From NCBI GenBank assembly GCA_963717935.1, contig CAVQXP010000001.1, positions 1-64,000 of the forward strand: a stretch of 64,000 nucleotides of DNA, written 5' to 3'. Position numbers and translations under genes: made by a program. This stretch comes from Candidatus Eiseniibacteriota bacterium (GTDB taxonomy: Bacteria; Eisenbacteria; RBG-16-71-46). Positions 8,936-18,033 of this stretch are shown in pieces. The stretch's first letter is position 1, and each line of letters opens with the position of its first letter. Below the pieces are notes generated by a model. It had not been told where the DNA came from. It worked only from the letters and a program-made list of their open reading frames with translations, and did not search any database.

Positions 8936-10348
8936 ATGAACGCAAGCACGGCTACATTGCACCGCACGATACCGGCAGTCCTGCTGGGCGCGGTCGTCGT
9001 GGCAGCCGGTCTGCTCGCGCCGTTCGTCGCGGCGGCGCAGGTTTCGAGCGCGGCACGGAAGCCCGCCGCGCGGGCGAAGCTCGCGGCCCAGTCGTCATCG
9101 GCGAGGGTCCGAATCGAGGGCTGGACGGGGATCGCCGCCCGCCCGGGTGCAGGGCCCATTCGGTTCACGATCCGCGGCCAGGGCCTGTCCAACCTGCGGT
9201 CCGGTCGGATCGTCACCACGAACGGCCGCGCCGCCCGAGACATCGTGGTCTCCGTCGGCCCGGGAAGCGACATCGAGCGACAGTTGACGCTGATCGTGAA
9301 GGCCCAGGCTCTGGCGGGCCGGTACACCCTCTTGGGGCTGGGACCCTACGGGACGGGATCCATGCCACCCTTCACTGGCGCGCTCGACTTCATGGTCGTG
9401 GGTTCGAGGGGTGGTCAGGGTCCCATCTCGGCCATGATGGATCTGTTTGGCTCGAGCGGCTTCCCCGGTGCCCCCGCGAGCGGCATCGCCGGCGGCGGCA
9501 CCCCACCGGATCGTTCCGCGCTTGGCGCCAGCGTGGGGCTCACGACGACGAATCCTCGCGGCACGCTGGATGTCTCGTCGGGCAAGCCAGGTGATTCGCG
9601 CCTGATGGCGGGGGGCTCGACCCAGGGCACCGACCCGAAGACTGGCACGGACCCCGGCACCGGCACGGACACCGGCACCGGCACGGACACCGGCACCGGC
9701 ACAGACACCGGCACCGGCACCGGCACAGACACCGATGATGCGGATGACCAGACGGTGACCGTCGTGTCTTCGAGCACCGACCAGACGAGCAGCGACGGCA
9801 GCGCGAAGATCGAAAACAAGATCACGACCACCGGTTCGGATGGTAGCTGGATGGTGGACAAGATGACCTACACGAAGGACTCGAAAGGAAATGTCACCGA
9901 GACCCAGACAGTCCGAGCCGGCAATGCAAGCGGGCAGACCGGCTACAGCCACACGTGCAGCGGCAAGTGCACACCGGTCCCTGACGAGGGCGGGTGCGCG
10001 GGCAGCCAGGCCTGCGAGAAGGCCTCCGCGTTGTTTCAGGCTATATTCCCACTGCGACGCGAGATGCAGCGCGTCGTCGAGGCCCGCTTTGGGTCGCTCG
10101 GTGGGGACGCGCTGGAGCCGGGGGGCTCCGGTGTGGGCCGCACCGGGCCCCAGCGGGTGCCCGGGAGCCCCATCGAACGCGTCGCGCCGTACGTGTACCC
10201 CAACCCTGAAAAGGGCGGCTCCAGCAAGTCCGGCGCCCCGCAGGTCCGGACGACGACGCCGATCAAGAAAGGCCAGCCCGCACCGATCGATCCACCCCGC
10301 GACAAACCCAAGGAGGCGACGCCTGACCCGACGCCACAGCCGCGCTAG
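8936..10348 (+). CDS. Secreted hypothetical protein with Thr/Gly/Asp repeat linker and a Cys-containing segment
   Basis: Signal peptide; (TGTDTG)n linker; CSGKC...CAGSQAC; Pro-rich tail. Confidence 0.6.
   Translation: MNASTATLHRTIPAVLLGAVVVAAGLLAPFVAAAQVSSAARKPAARAKLAAQSSSARVRIEGWTGIAARPGAGPIRFTIRGQGLSNLRSGRIVTTNGRAARDIVVSVGPGSDIERQLTLIVKAQALAGRYTLLGLGPYGTGSMPPFTGALDFMVVGSRGGQGPISAMMDLFGSSGFPGAPASGIAGGGTPPDRSALGASVGLTTTNPRGTLDVSSGKPGDSRLMAGGSTQGTDPKTGTDPGTGTDTGTGTDTGTGTDTGTGTGTDTDDADDQTVTVVSSSTDQTSSDGSAKIENKITTTGSDGSWMVDKMTYTKDSKGNVTETQTVRAGNASGQTGYSHTCSGKCTPVPDEGGCAGSQACEKASALFQAIFPLRREMQRVVEARFGSLGGDALEPGGSGVGRTGPQRVPGSPIERVAPYVYPNPEKGGSSKSGAPQVRTTTPIKKGQPAPIDPPRDKPKEATPDPTPQPR
9626..9733 (+). 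repeat. In-frame 18-bp tandem repeat encoding GTDTGT units
   Basis: GGCAC(G/A)GACACCGGCACC repeated about 5-6 times with degenerate edges. Confidence 0.85.
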
Positions 10349-10404
10349 GAGTCGGGACACGGCCGCGCTCAGCGCTCGTCCGCGACGGAGACCTGGCCCC
10401 GGAC

Positions 10405-10555
10405 TGACGTCGTCCCAGGATTTCTCGACAGGTCAGGACTAGAGCATGCTGCCCTCCGGAGGCCTACCCGGAGGGGGAGCGATGAAGCGGTCGCGGTACG
10501 CGGAAGAGCAGGTGGCCTACGCACTGCGCCAGGCCGGAGCGGAAACGCCGGGGGG
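10405..10555 (+). mobile_element. IS3-family (IS407-like) left-end remnant
   Basis: TG-starting IR-like end TGACGTCGTCCCAGGATTTCTCGACA; SD plus ATG 10482 MKRSRYAEEQVAYALRQA (typical OrfA N-terminus), after which similarity stops. Confidence 0.75.
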
Positions 10556-10615
10556 GCGGGGCCGAGCGCGCGCAGCGTGGCGGCCGGCGCCAGCGAGCGA
10601 TCGAGATCGCCCGCC

Positions 10616-11227
10616 CTATTCCCTCACGCCCATCTTCGCCATCAGGCTCAGGATGCGCCGGTCGTTCGCCTCCACGTGGTGCAGGATCTCGTCCACCTTC
10701 GCGGCCACCTCCGCGACCGGGGGAGAGACCTTCAGCGCCTCGAGCCGGGCGATGGCGCCGAGGATCAGCCGGTCCTGGTGGGCGAGGTGTCTCATGATGA
10801 CCTCGATCTCCTCCTCGGCCTTCCGGTTGATCTCGAAGTCGCTCTCCGACATGAGCCGGTCCTTCTGGGCCTGGCGGTTCTGGCTCATCATGACCACGGG
10901 GCCGGTGTAGGCGGCCTGGAAGCTCAGCACCAGGTTCAAGAGGATGAAGGGATACGGGTCCCAGGCCCTCCACGCCCCCGGATGCGTCCTCAGGTACGCG
11001 ATCAGGTACACGTTGAGCGCGATCCAGCCGAGCAGCAGCGTGCTCTGGACGACGATGAACGGCCAGGAGCCCACCAGCGCCGCGACCCGGTCGGCGACAC
11101 GCTGGCCCAGGCTGCGCTGGCGCGCGTCCTCGACGACGGCGTTGCGCACGGGGGGGTGATCGTGCCTGTACACGGCGGCGGGGCCCAGTTGCAGCGCCTC
11201 TTTCGACACGGCGGTCCTCCTCGGCAT
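10616..11227 (-). CDS. DUF1003 membrane protein
   Basis: GQRVADRVAALVGSWPFI, DPYPFILLNLVLSFQAAYTGPVVMMSQNRQ; start uncertain (11227 or 11254). Confidence 0.9.
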   Translation of the reverse strand: MPRRTAVSKEALQLGPAAVYRHDHPPVRNAVVEDARQRSLGQRVADRVAALVGSWPFIVVQSTLLLGWIALNVYLIAYLRTHPGAWRAWDPYPFILLNLVLSFQAAYTGPVVMMSQNRQAQKDRLMSESDFEINRKAEEEIEVIMRHLAHQDRLILGAIARLEALKVSPPVAEVAAKVDEILHHVEANDRRILSLMAKMGVRE

Positions 11228-11479
11228 CCGGTCCCGGGAACTCGCAGGAGGCACCCGGCCCTCGTCGCCCGCAAGCCACCCCCTGCGGCGGGCCTTCGGC
11301 CGGCATTGTAGCCGCCGCCTGACTCCGGGTCACCGTGGTCCGCTTCCCAAACCGGCCTCCGCCCTGCTAGCGTCCGCTCTCCGACCGGCCATGCCGATCT
11401 CCCGGGAGAACCTCATGCGCAAGCCCACGACTGCCGCTGCCGAACCGCTGCTCGGACCCCGAGCGGGCGCGCGCTGACC

Positions 11480-12541
11480 ATGTCCTCCTCCTTCGGCACG
11501 CTCTTCCGCATCGTCACCTTCGGCGAGTCCCACGGGCCCGCCGTGGGCGTCGTGGTGGACGGCATGCCGCCCGCCATCCGCGTGGACCTCGCCGACCTGC
11601 AGCGCGAGTTGGACCGCCGCCGGCCGGGGCAGAGCGCGCTCACCACGCAGCGCCAGGAGCCCGACCGCGTCGAGGTCCTCTCGGGGCTCTTCGAGGGGGT
11701 CACGCTCGGCACGCCCATCGCGATGCTGGTACGCAACGGCGACGCCCGCCCGCAGGACTACGAGGCGCTGCGCGACGTGTTCCGGCCGGGGCACGCGGAC
11801 CACGCCTGGCAGCAGAAGTACGGCGTGCGCGACCACCGCGGCGGCGGGCGCTCGTCGGGGCGCGAGACCGTGGGCCGGGTCGCCGCCGGGGCGCTGGCGA
11901 AGATCGCGCTGGCCACCATCGGCGTGAGCATCGTCGGGGGCACGGTCCAGGTCGGCGACGTGGTGGCGGCCTGGCGCGACTGGGACGAGGCCGAGCGCAA
12001 CCCGGTGCGCAGTCCGGACCCCGCGGCCGCGGCCGAGATGGCCCGGGTCATCGAGGCCGCCCGCGACGCGAAGGACTCCGTGGGCGGCGTGGTCGAGATC
12101 GTCGCGCGCGGCGTGCCCGCCGGCTGGGGCGACCCCACCGGGGACCGGCTCGACGCCCTGATCGGCGCCGCCATGCTCTCGATCCCCTCCAGCAAGGGCG
12201 TGGAGATCGGCGACGGGTTCGCCCTCGCCGCGCGCCGGGGCTCGGAGACCAACGACGTGCTCGAAGGCGGCCGCTACCTCTCGAACCACGCCGGCGGCAT
12301 CTCGGGCGGCATCTCGAACGGCGCCGACCTGGTGGTGCGCGTGGCGGTGCGTCCCGCCAGCTCGATCGGCCTGGAGCAGATCGCCGCCACGAAGGAGGGC
12401 AAGTCCACACCGCTCACCATCGAGGGCCGCCACGACCCCTGCATCTGCCCGCGCGTCGTGCCGGTGGCCGAGGCGATGCTCGCCGTGACGCTGATGGATG
12501 CGTGGCTGCGCCAGCGCGCCCTGCGCGGGCGCGAGCGCTAG
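11480..12541 (+). CDS. aroC: Chorismate synthase
   Basis: TFGESHG, RPGHAD, RGGGRSSGRET, NHAGGISGGISNG, GRHDPC. Confidence 0.97.
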   Translation: MSSSFGTLFRIVTFGESHGPAVGVVVDGMPPAIRVDLADLQRELDRRRPGQSALTTQRQEPDRVEVLSGLFEGVTLGTPIAMLVRNGDARPQDYEALRDVFRPGHADHAWQQKYGVRDHRGGGRSSGRETVGRVAAGALAKIALATIGVSIVGGTVQVGDVVAAWRDWDEAERNPVRSPDPAAAAEMARVIEAARDAKDSVGGVVEIVARGVPAGWGDPTGDRLDALIGAAMLSIPSSKGVEIGDGFALAARRGSETNDVLEGGRYLSNHAGGISGGISNGADLVVRVAVRPASSIGLEQIAATKEGKSTPLTIEGRHDPCICPRVVPVAEAMLAVTLMDAWLRQRALRGRER

Positions 12542-12550
12542 GCGGATCGG

Positions 12551-13565
12551 ATGCTGCTCAGGATCCGCCGGGGCACGAGCGAGCCGGCCGTGAGCGACGT
12601 CGCGGCGCGCCTGCGCCTGGCGGGGCTCGCGCTGCACCGCACCGACCATGATGGCCAGGTGCGGCTGGCCGCCGTGGGCGACGGCGCGGCGGTGGACTGG
12701 GACGAGGTGAGGCGCTGGCCCGCGGTGGAGAGCGCCGAGCGGATCCCGGTGCCCTTCAAGCTCGCCTCGCGCGCGTTCCATCCGGCGGACACCGTGATCA
12801 CGGTCGGGCGCTGCGCCGTCGGCAGCGAGCAGCTCGCGCTGATGGCGGGCCCGTGCTCGGTCGAGGGGGAGGAGCAGGCCTTCATCATCGCCGCGGCGGT
12901 CGCGAAGGCTGGCGCCACGGTGCTCCGCGGCGGAGCCTACAAGCCGCGCACCTCACCGTACTCGTTCCAGGGACTGGGGGAGGAGGGCCTGAAGATCCTG
13001 CGGCGCGCGGCGGACGCACATGGCCTGGCCGTCGTCAGCGAGGTCATGGATCCCAAGCAGGTCGAGCTGGTCGCGCGCTACGCCGACATCGTCCAGGTCG
13101 GCGCCCGCAACATGCAGAACCTGTCCCTGCTGCGCGAGGTGGCGCGGGCGCAGAAGCCGGTGCTGCTCAAGCGCGGCATGGCGGCGACCGTCGGGGAATG
13201 GCTGATGAGCGCCGAGCACCTGCTCGCCAACGGCAACCGCCAGGTCATCCTGTGCGAGCGCGGCATCCGCACCTTCGAGAGCTACACCCGCAACACGCTC
13301 GACCTGAACGCCATCCCGGTGATCAAGGGACTCTCGCACCTGCCCGTGCTCGTGGACCCCTCGCACGGCACCGGCATGCGCGACACGGTCTCGCCCATGG
13401 CGCGCGCCGCCATCGCCGCGGGGGCGGACGGACTCCTGGTCGAGGTCCACCACGACCCGGACCACGCCCTCTCGGACGGGCCGCAGTCGCTGTACCCGGA
13501 GCAGTTCGACGGAACTCGTGCAGCAGATCCGCGCCATCGCCGGCGTGGTCGGGCGCAGGGTGTAG
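12551..13565 (+). CDS. aroF: DAHP synthase (class I-beta); 1-nt frameshift near 13511
   Basis: [39 protein letters not shown]; removing one G gives the normal end [21 protein letters not shown]. Confidence 0.92.
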
Positions 13566-13648
13566 CAGGGAGCGGCGAGCGGGGCGCCCCGCGCGCGGCC
13601 GCGGCGTCTCCCGATCGCCCCGCCACGGGCCCCGGCCCGGCACTCGCC

Positions 13649-13677
13649 TTGACAGTCTCCGCGCCTTCCGCTGTAAT
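13649..13677 (+). promoter_or_regulatory. Sigma70 promoter for tRNA-Val/thrS
   Basis: TTGACA-N17-TGTAAT, 12 nt upstream of the tRNA. Confidence 0.7.
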
Positions 13678-13689
13678 TCTCCGCTCCGT

Positions 13690-13766
13690 GGGCGATTAGC
13701 TCAGTTGGCTAGAGCACTTGCTCGACAAGCAAGGGGTCACTGGTTCAAGTCCAGTATCGCCCACCA
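13690..13766 (+). tRNA. tRNA-Val(GAC)
   Basis: Full cloverleaf GGGCGAT...ATCGCCC-A-CCA; anticodon arm CTTGC-TCGACAA-GCAAG; T loop TTCAAGT. Confidence 0.95.
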
Positions 13767-13827
13767 TCTCCATCTGCGGCTGCCCGACCGGACTCCCACC
13801 CGGCGAGGTCCCCGAAGGCGGCCCTTC

Positions 13828-13859
13828 GCCAGACCCGGGCCCCGTATGCCCGTGCTGGC
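13828..13859 (+). promoter_or_regulatory. Putative thrS translational operator (tRNA-Thr anticodon-arm mimic)
   Basis: GCCAG..CGGGC-CCCGTAT-GCCCG..CTGGC: 7-nt loop with CGU at the anticodon positions, directly 5' of SD GAGGA. Confidence 0.55.
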
Positions 13860-13873
13860 TCGAGGACCCCATC

Positions 13874-15649
13874 ATGTCCAGCACCCAGGCTCCCGAGGAT
13901 CGCCCCGACGTCGCCCAGTACCCCGGGGGCGAAGAGCTCTACCGGCTGCGGCACTCCGCCGCGCACGTGCTGGCCAGCGCCGTGACCGAGTTGTTCCCCG
14001 AGACCCGGGTGGCCGGCGGGCCGCCGGTCGAGAACGGCTTCTACTACGACTTCGCCCGGCCGACGCCGTTCACGCCCGAGGACCTCGAGCGCATCGAAGC
14101 CCGCATGCGCGAGATCATCGCCGAGGACCGGCCCTTCGAGTACGTCGAGGCCACGAAGGACGAGGCCCACGCCCGCTTCGCGGCGGCGGGCGAGAAGTAC
14201 AAGCTGCACTTCCTCACCCAGATCCCCGAGGGCGGCAAGGTCACCTACTACCGCAGCGGGCCGTTCCTCGACCTGTGCCGCGGCCCGCACCTGCCGAGCA
14301 CCGGGAAGATCAAGGCCTTCAAGGTCACCCACGTGGCCGGCGCGTACTGGCTCGGGAGCGAGCGCAACGAGATGCTCCAGCGCATCTACGGCACCGCCTT
14401 CCCGGCCCAGCAGGACCTGGACGAATACCTGAAGCGGGTCGAGGAGGCGCTCAAGCGCGACCACCGGCGGCTGGGGCGCGAGCTGGACCTGTTCTCGATC
14501 CACGAGGAGGTCGGGCCCGGGCTCGTCCACTGGCACCCCAAGGGCGGGATGCTGCGCCACCTGATCGAGGAGTTCTGGAAGGAGGAGCACCTGCGCCGCG
14601 GCTACCAGTTCGTCTACACGCCGCACCTGGCGAGCGAGAAGCTCTTCCAGATCTCCGGCCACCTCGAGAACTACGGCGACATCATGTACTCGCCGATGGA
14701 CATCGACGGGCAGCCGTACCGCGTGAAGCCCATGAACTGCCCCGGCCACATCATGATCTACCAGACCCGCAAGCACTCCTATCGCGACCTGCCGCTGCGC
14801 TACGCCGAGCTGGGCACGGTCTACCGCTACGAGCGCTCGGGCGTGCTGCACGGCATGGAGCGCGTGCGCGGCTTCACGCAGGACGACTCGCACATCTTCT
14901 GCACCCGCGAGCAGCTCCTGGACGAGGTGCTGGGCATCCTCGACCTGATGGACTTCCTGCTCAAGGCGTTCGGCTACGAGTACGTCTGCTACCTGGCCAC
15001 CCGCCCGGCGGAGAAGTACCTGGGCAGCGACGAGGAGTGGACGTTCGCCACCGAGGCGCTGCGCAAGGCGCTCGACCGGCGCGGGCTGCCCTACGAGGTG
15101 GACGAGGGCGGCGGCGCCTTCTACGCGCCCAAGATCGACGTGAAGCTGCGCGACGCGCTGGGGCGCGAGTGGCAGTGCCCGACCATCCAGGTGGACCTGA
15201 ACCTGCCCAAGCGCTTCGGGGTCCACTACACCGCGTCCGACGGCAAGGAGCACGAGGTCGTGATGCTGCACCGCGCCCTGCTGGGCTCGATGGAGCGCTT
15301 CGTCGGCATCCTCATCGAGCACACCGGCGGCGAGTTCCCGGTCTGGCTGGCGCCGGTTCAGGCCATCGTCATCCCGGCCAATTCGAAGGCCTTCGACTAC
15401 GCGGCCGACACCGCGCGGATGCTCAAGGAAGGCGGCGTGCGCGCCGAGGTCGACCTGCGCGAGGAGAAGATGAACGCCAAGATCCGCGACGCCGAGCTGG
15501 TGAAGATCCCCTACATGGTGGTCGTGGGACCGCGCGAGGCCGAGGCCGGCCTGGTCGCGCCCCGCCGCAAGGGCCAGGGGCAGCTCGAGCCCATGAGCCG
15601 CGAGGCGTTCCTCGAACGGGTGCGGACCGAGACGCGCGAGCGCAGCTAG
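13874..15649 (+). CDS. thrS: Threonine--tRNA ligase (lacks the N-terminal TGS domain)
   Basis: RHSAAHVLA, DLCRGPH, RDHRRLG, KPMNCPGH, YRYERSGVLHG, HRALLGSMERF; SD GAGGA before ATG 13874. Confidence 0.97.
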   Translation: MSSTQAPEDRPDVAQYPGGEELYRLRHSAAHVLASAVTELFPETRVAGGPPVENGFYYDFARPTPFTPEDLERIEARMREIIAEDRPFEYVEATKDEAHARFAAAGEKYKLHFLTQIPEGGKVTYYRSGPFLDLCRGPHLPSTGKIKAFKVTHVAGAYWLGSERNEMLQRIYGTAFPAQQDLDEYLKRVEEALKRDHRRLGRELDLFSIHEEVGPGLVHWHPKGGMLRHLIEEFWKEEHLRRGYQFVYTPHLASEKLFQISGHLENYGDIMYSPMDIDGQPYRVKPMNCPGHIMIYQTRKHSYRDLPLRYAELGTVYRYERSGVLHGMERVRGFTQDDSHIFCTREQLLDEVLGILDLMDFLLKAFGYEYVCYLATRPAEKYLGSDEEWTFATEALRKALDRRGLPYEVDEGGGAFYAPKIDVKLRDALGREWQCPTIQVDLNLPKRFGVHYTASDGKEHEVVMLHRALLGSMERFVGILIEHTGGEFPVWLAPVQAIVIPANSKAFDYAADTARMLKEGGVRAEVDLREEKMNAKIRDAELVKIPYMVVVGPREAEAGLVAPRRKGQGQLEPMSREAFLERVRTETRERS

Positions 15650-15722
15650 CCACGCGCCGCGCCCGAACGGAAGGTGGCCCCGCCACGCGAGTGACGGGGC
15701 CACCGGTACGTCCGGGCCGCAG

Positions 15723-16373
15723 CTAGAACTTCATCGCGATGCCGAACGCACCGTCGTGGCCGCTGGGCCACCAGGTCGCCTTCGCGCCGTGGTCCTCGGC
15801 GGAGCTCGCATAGCCGAAGTAGTGCCCGAGTTGGCAGAACCCGCCGACCTTGTCCGTCCAGGCCATGTGGATGCCCACGCGCCCCTCGAGGGCGACGCGC
15901 AGGGTGGTCTCGCTCTCCCAGTCGTAGTCCGTGGAGATGCCGCTCACGAACTTGGCGTCCCCGCTCCACACCTGGATGCCGGGCCCCGCGAACACGGTGA
16001 AGCGGTCGTTGATCTTCGCCACGCGATCGCCGCCGAGGCGGACCTGCCAGGAACTCTGCGTGTACTCGGTGTCTCCGTCGCCCGGCGCGGCGGAGGTCCC
16101 GGGCGTGTTGGTCTCGCCGAAGTAGCCGATGCCGGCACTCAGCGCGAGGGCGTAGTCCGGGCTGAAGAAGTGCCAGAACTGCACCTGCCCGCCGATCTCG
16201 GAATGTCCGTAGGCGGTCACGTAGCCTGCGGCCGACGGACTCACCAGGTCCGCCACGCCCTCGGTCAGCTGGAGCGCGAACAGGTTCGAGCCCTTCTCGA
16301 ACCCGGCGGCCGAAGCCACCCCGGTCAGGGCCACGAGCGAAGCGGTCAGCAGCGCGAGCTTCAAGGCCTTCAT
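15723..16373 (-). CDS. Outer-membrane beta-barrel protein
   Basis: Signal peptide ending ASA, alternating amphipathic strands, C-terminal Phe (GIAMKF). Confidence 0.8.
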   Translation of the reverse strand: MKALKLALLTASLVALTGVASAAGFEKGSNLFALQLTEGVADLVSPSAAGYVTAYGHSEIGGQVQFWHFFSPDYALALSAGIGYFGETNTPGTSAAPGDGDTEYTQSSWQVRLGGDRVAKINDRFTVFAGPGIQVWSGDAKFVSGISTDYDWESETTLRVALEGRVGIHMAWTDKVGGFCQLGHYFGYASSAEDHGAKATWWPSGHDGAFGIAMKF

Positions 16374-16422
16374 GACGGAACCTCCCTGGTTTCCCCGGCC
16401 GTCATGGCCGGAGCCGGACGGG

Positions 16423-16452
16423 ACGCTAGGGACGGGGCGCCCGGCCTGTCAA
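16423..16452 (-). promoter_or_regulatory. Possible sigma70 promoter for the OMP gene
   Basis: TTGACA-N18-TAGCGT on the - strand. Confidence 0.45.
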
Positions 16453-16470
16453 CCCGTCTGCCGCCGCGGC

Positions 16471-16499
16471 TTGCGTCCCGGCCGGGGCCCCTGTAGACT
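16471..16499 (+). promoter_or_regulatory. Sigma70 promoter for the infC operon
   Basis: TTGCGT-N17-TAGACT just upstream of the leader. Confidence 0.55.
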
Positions 16500-16518
16500 G
16501 CCGCGTCACATAGCCTTC

Positions 16519-16690
16519 AAGCAGAAGCTCCGCGCTTCTCACCCCCGCAGGCCGAGGTGGCCTCGTTCAAGGGTCCATGGCGTCGCCCCGGCCGGGGCTT
16601 CCGCGCAACGCGCGGGTCCGGCAGGGGACCTGCGGCTCGACGCCGGGCGGATCTTCCTGCACGGAGGGTCCGCCCGGCGTCTCTGTTTTC
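16519..16690 (+). ncRNA. L20 leader-like cis-regulatory RNA upstream of infC-rpmI-rplT
   Basis: AAGCAGAAGC-TCCGC-GCTTCT-CACCC matches the 5' hairpin of the L20 leader; correct position; 3' boundary approximate. Confidence 0.7.
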
Positions 16691-16744
16691 GGGCAGCGCC
16701 GGCGGGACGTGGACCACTGCCCGTCAGGAACGGAGGTGACCGCC

Positions 16745-17386
16745 ATTTCTGCTGTGAAACAGCCTGAAGTCCGAGTGAATGAGCGCATCCGGGTTCCGCA
16801 GGTTCGCGTGATCGGCGAGGACGGGTCCCAGATCGGCGTGCTTGCCACCCGTGAAGCGCTGGCTCTCGCGCAGTCCAAGGCTCTCGACCTGGTGGAAGTC
16901 GCCGCCACGTCGCGCCCTCCCGTGTGTCGCATCATGGACTACGGGAAGTTCAAGTACGAGCAGAACCGGCGTGCCCGGAAGGCCAAGAAGAAGCAGCACC
17001 AGATGCAGCTCAAGGAAGTGAAGATGCGCCCGAAGATCGAGGGGCACGACTACGATTTCAAGATCGAGCATGCCCGCGAGTTCCTCTCGGAGCGCGACAA
17101 GGTGAAGCTCACGGTCACCTTCCGCGGGCGCGAGATCGCGCATCAGGACCTGGGCTACAAGCTCATCCAGCGCGCCATCGCGGACCTCGCCGAGCACGCG
17201 ACCGTGGAGTCGGCGCCCCGTTCGGAGGGCCGCACGCTGACCGCGGTCCTGATGCCCAGACCCTCGAAGACCGCGGGCAAGGCCGAAGGCGCGGAAGCCC
17301 CGGCCCCGCCGGTCAAGACCAGCACCCCGAAGGCTGCGACCCCCAAGGCCGCAGTCCCGGCTGACACCATAACCCGCACCTCCTAG
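16745..17386 (+). CDS. infC: Translation initiation factor IF-3 (ATT start)
   Basis: GGAGGT SD 7 nt before in-frame ATT; VNERIR, PPVCRIMDYGKFKYE, KEVKMRPKI, FRGRE. Confidence 0.95.
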   Translation: MSAVKQPEVRVNERIRVPQVRVIGEDGSQIGVLATREALALAQSKALDLVEVAATSRPPVCRIMDYGKFKYEQNRRARKAKKKQHQMQLKEVKMRPKIEGHDYDFKIEHAREFLSERDKVKLTVTFRGREIAHQDLGYKLIQRAIADLAEHATVESAPRSEGRTLTAVLMPRPSKTAGKAEGAEAPAPPVKTSTPKAATPKAAVPADTITRTS

Positions 17387-17395
17387 GAGTCGTGG

Positions 17396-17593
17396 ATGCC
17401 CAAGCAGAAGAGCAATCGTGCGGCGGCCAAGCGCTTCAGCGTGACCGGCACCGGTAAGGCCAAGCGCGGCCACGCCAGCCTCCGGCACGGCATGATCGCG
17501 AAGAACCGCACGCGCAAGCGGCGCCTGGTGGGCGTCGTCGTCGTCGCGAGTGCCGACCAGGCCCGTGTGCTGCGCATGCTCGGCAAGCGCTAG
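17396..17593 (+). CDS. rpmI: 50S ribosomal protein L35
   Basis: MPKQKSNRAAAKRFSVTGTGK; position in operon. Confidence 0.95.
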   Translation: MPKQKSNRAAAKRFSVTGTGKAKRGHASLRHGMIAKNRTRKRRLVGVVVVASADQARVLRMLGKR

Positions 17594-17672
17594 CCGTCAC
17601 CGTCCCACCTGGAACCATCAGTCCCGGCTGCGGGCGCCTCGGATGCCGCAGCGGGAGAGGAGATAGAACGCC

Positions 17673-18029
17673 ATGCCACGCGCAAAGACCGTCGTCCCCG
17701 GACGTGCCCGCCGCCGCAAGACCCTCAAGGCGGCCAAGGGCAACATCGGTGGACGGCGCAAACTCATCAAGAGCGCGATCCAGACCGTGCAGCGCGCGGG
17801 TCAGTTCGCCTACGAGCACCGGCGCACCCGCAAGCGCGACTTCCGGCGGCTCTGGATCACGCGCATCAACGCCGCGGCCCGCATCAACGGGCTCTCGTAC
17901 AGCATGCTCATCGCGGGCCTCAAGCGCGCGCACATCGACGTGAACCGCAAGCTTCTCGCCGACCTCGCGGTCCGCGACGCGGCGGCGTTCGCCAAACTCG
18001 CGGAGGTCGCGAAGTCGGTGGCGGCCTAG
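17673..18029 (+). CDS. rplT: 50S ribosomal protein L20
   Basis: [27 protein letters not shown]. Confidence 0.97.
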   Translation: MPRAKTVVPGRARRRKTLKAAKGNIGGRRKLIKSAIQTVQRAGQFAYEHRRTRKRDFRRLWITRINAAARINGLSYSMLIAGLKRAHIDVNRKLLADLAVRDAAAFAKLAEVAKSVAA

Positions 18030-18033
18030 CCAC

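Noticed and set aside
9626..9733. Tandem repeat considered as a CRISPR array
   Set aside because: No unique spacers; in-frame coding repeat; no cas genes in the window
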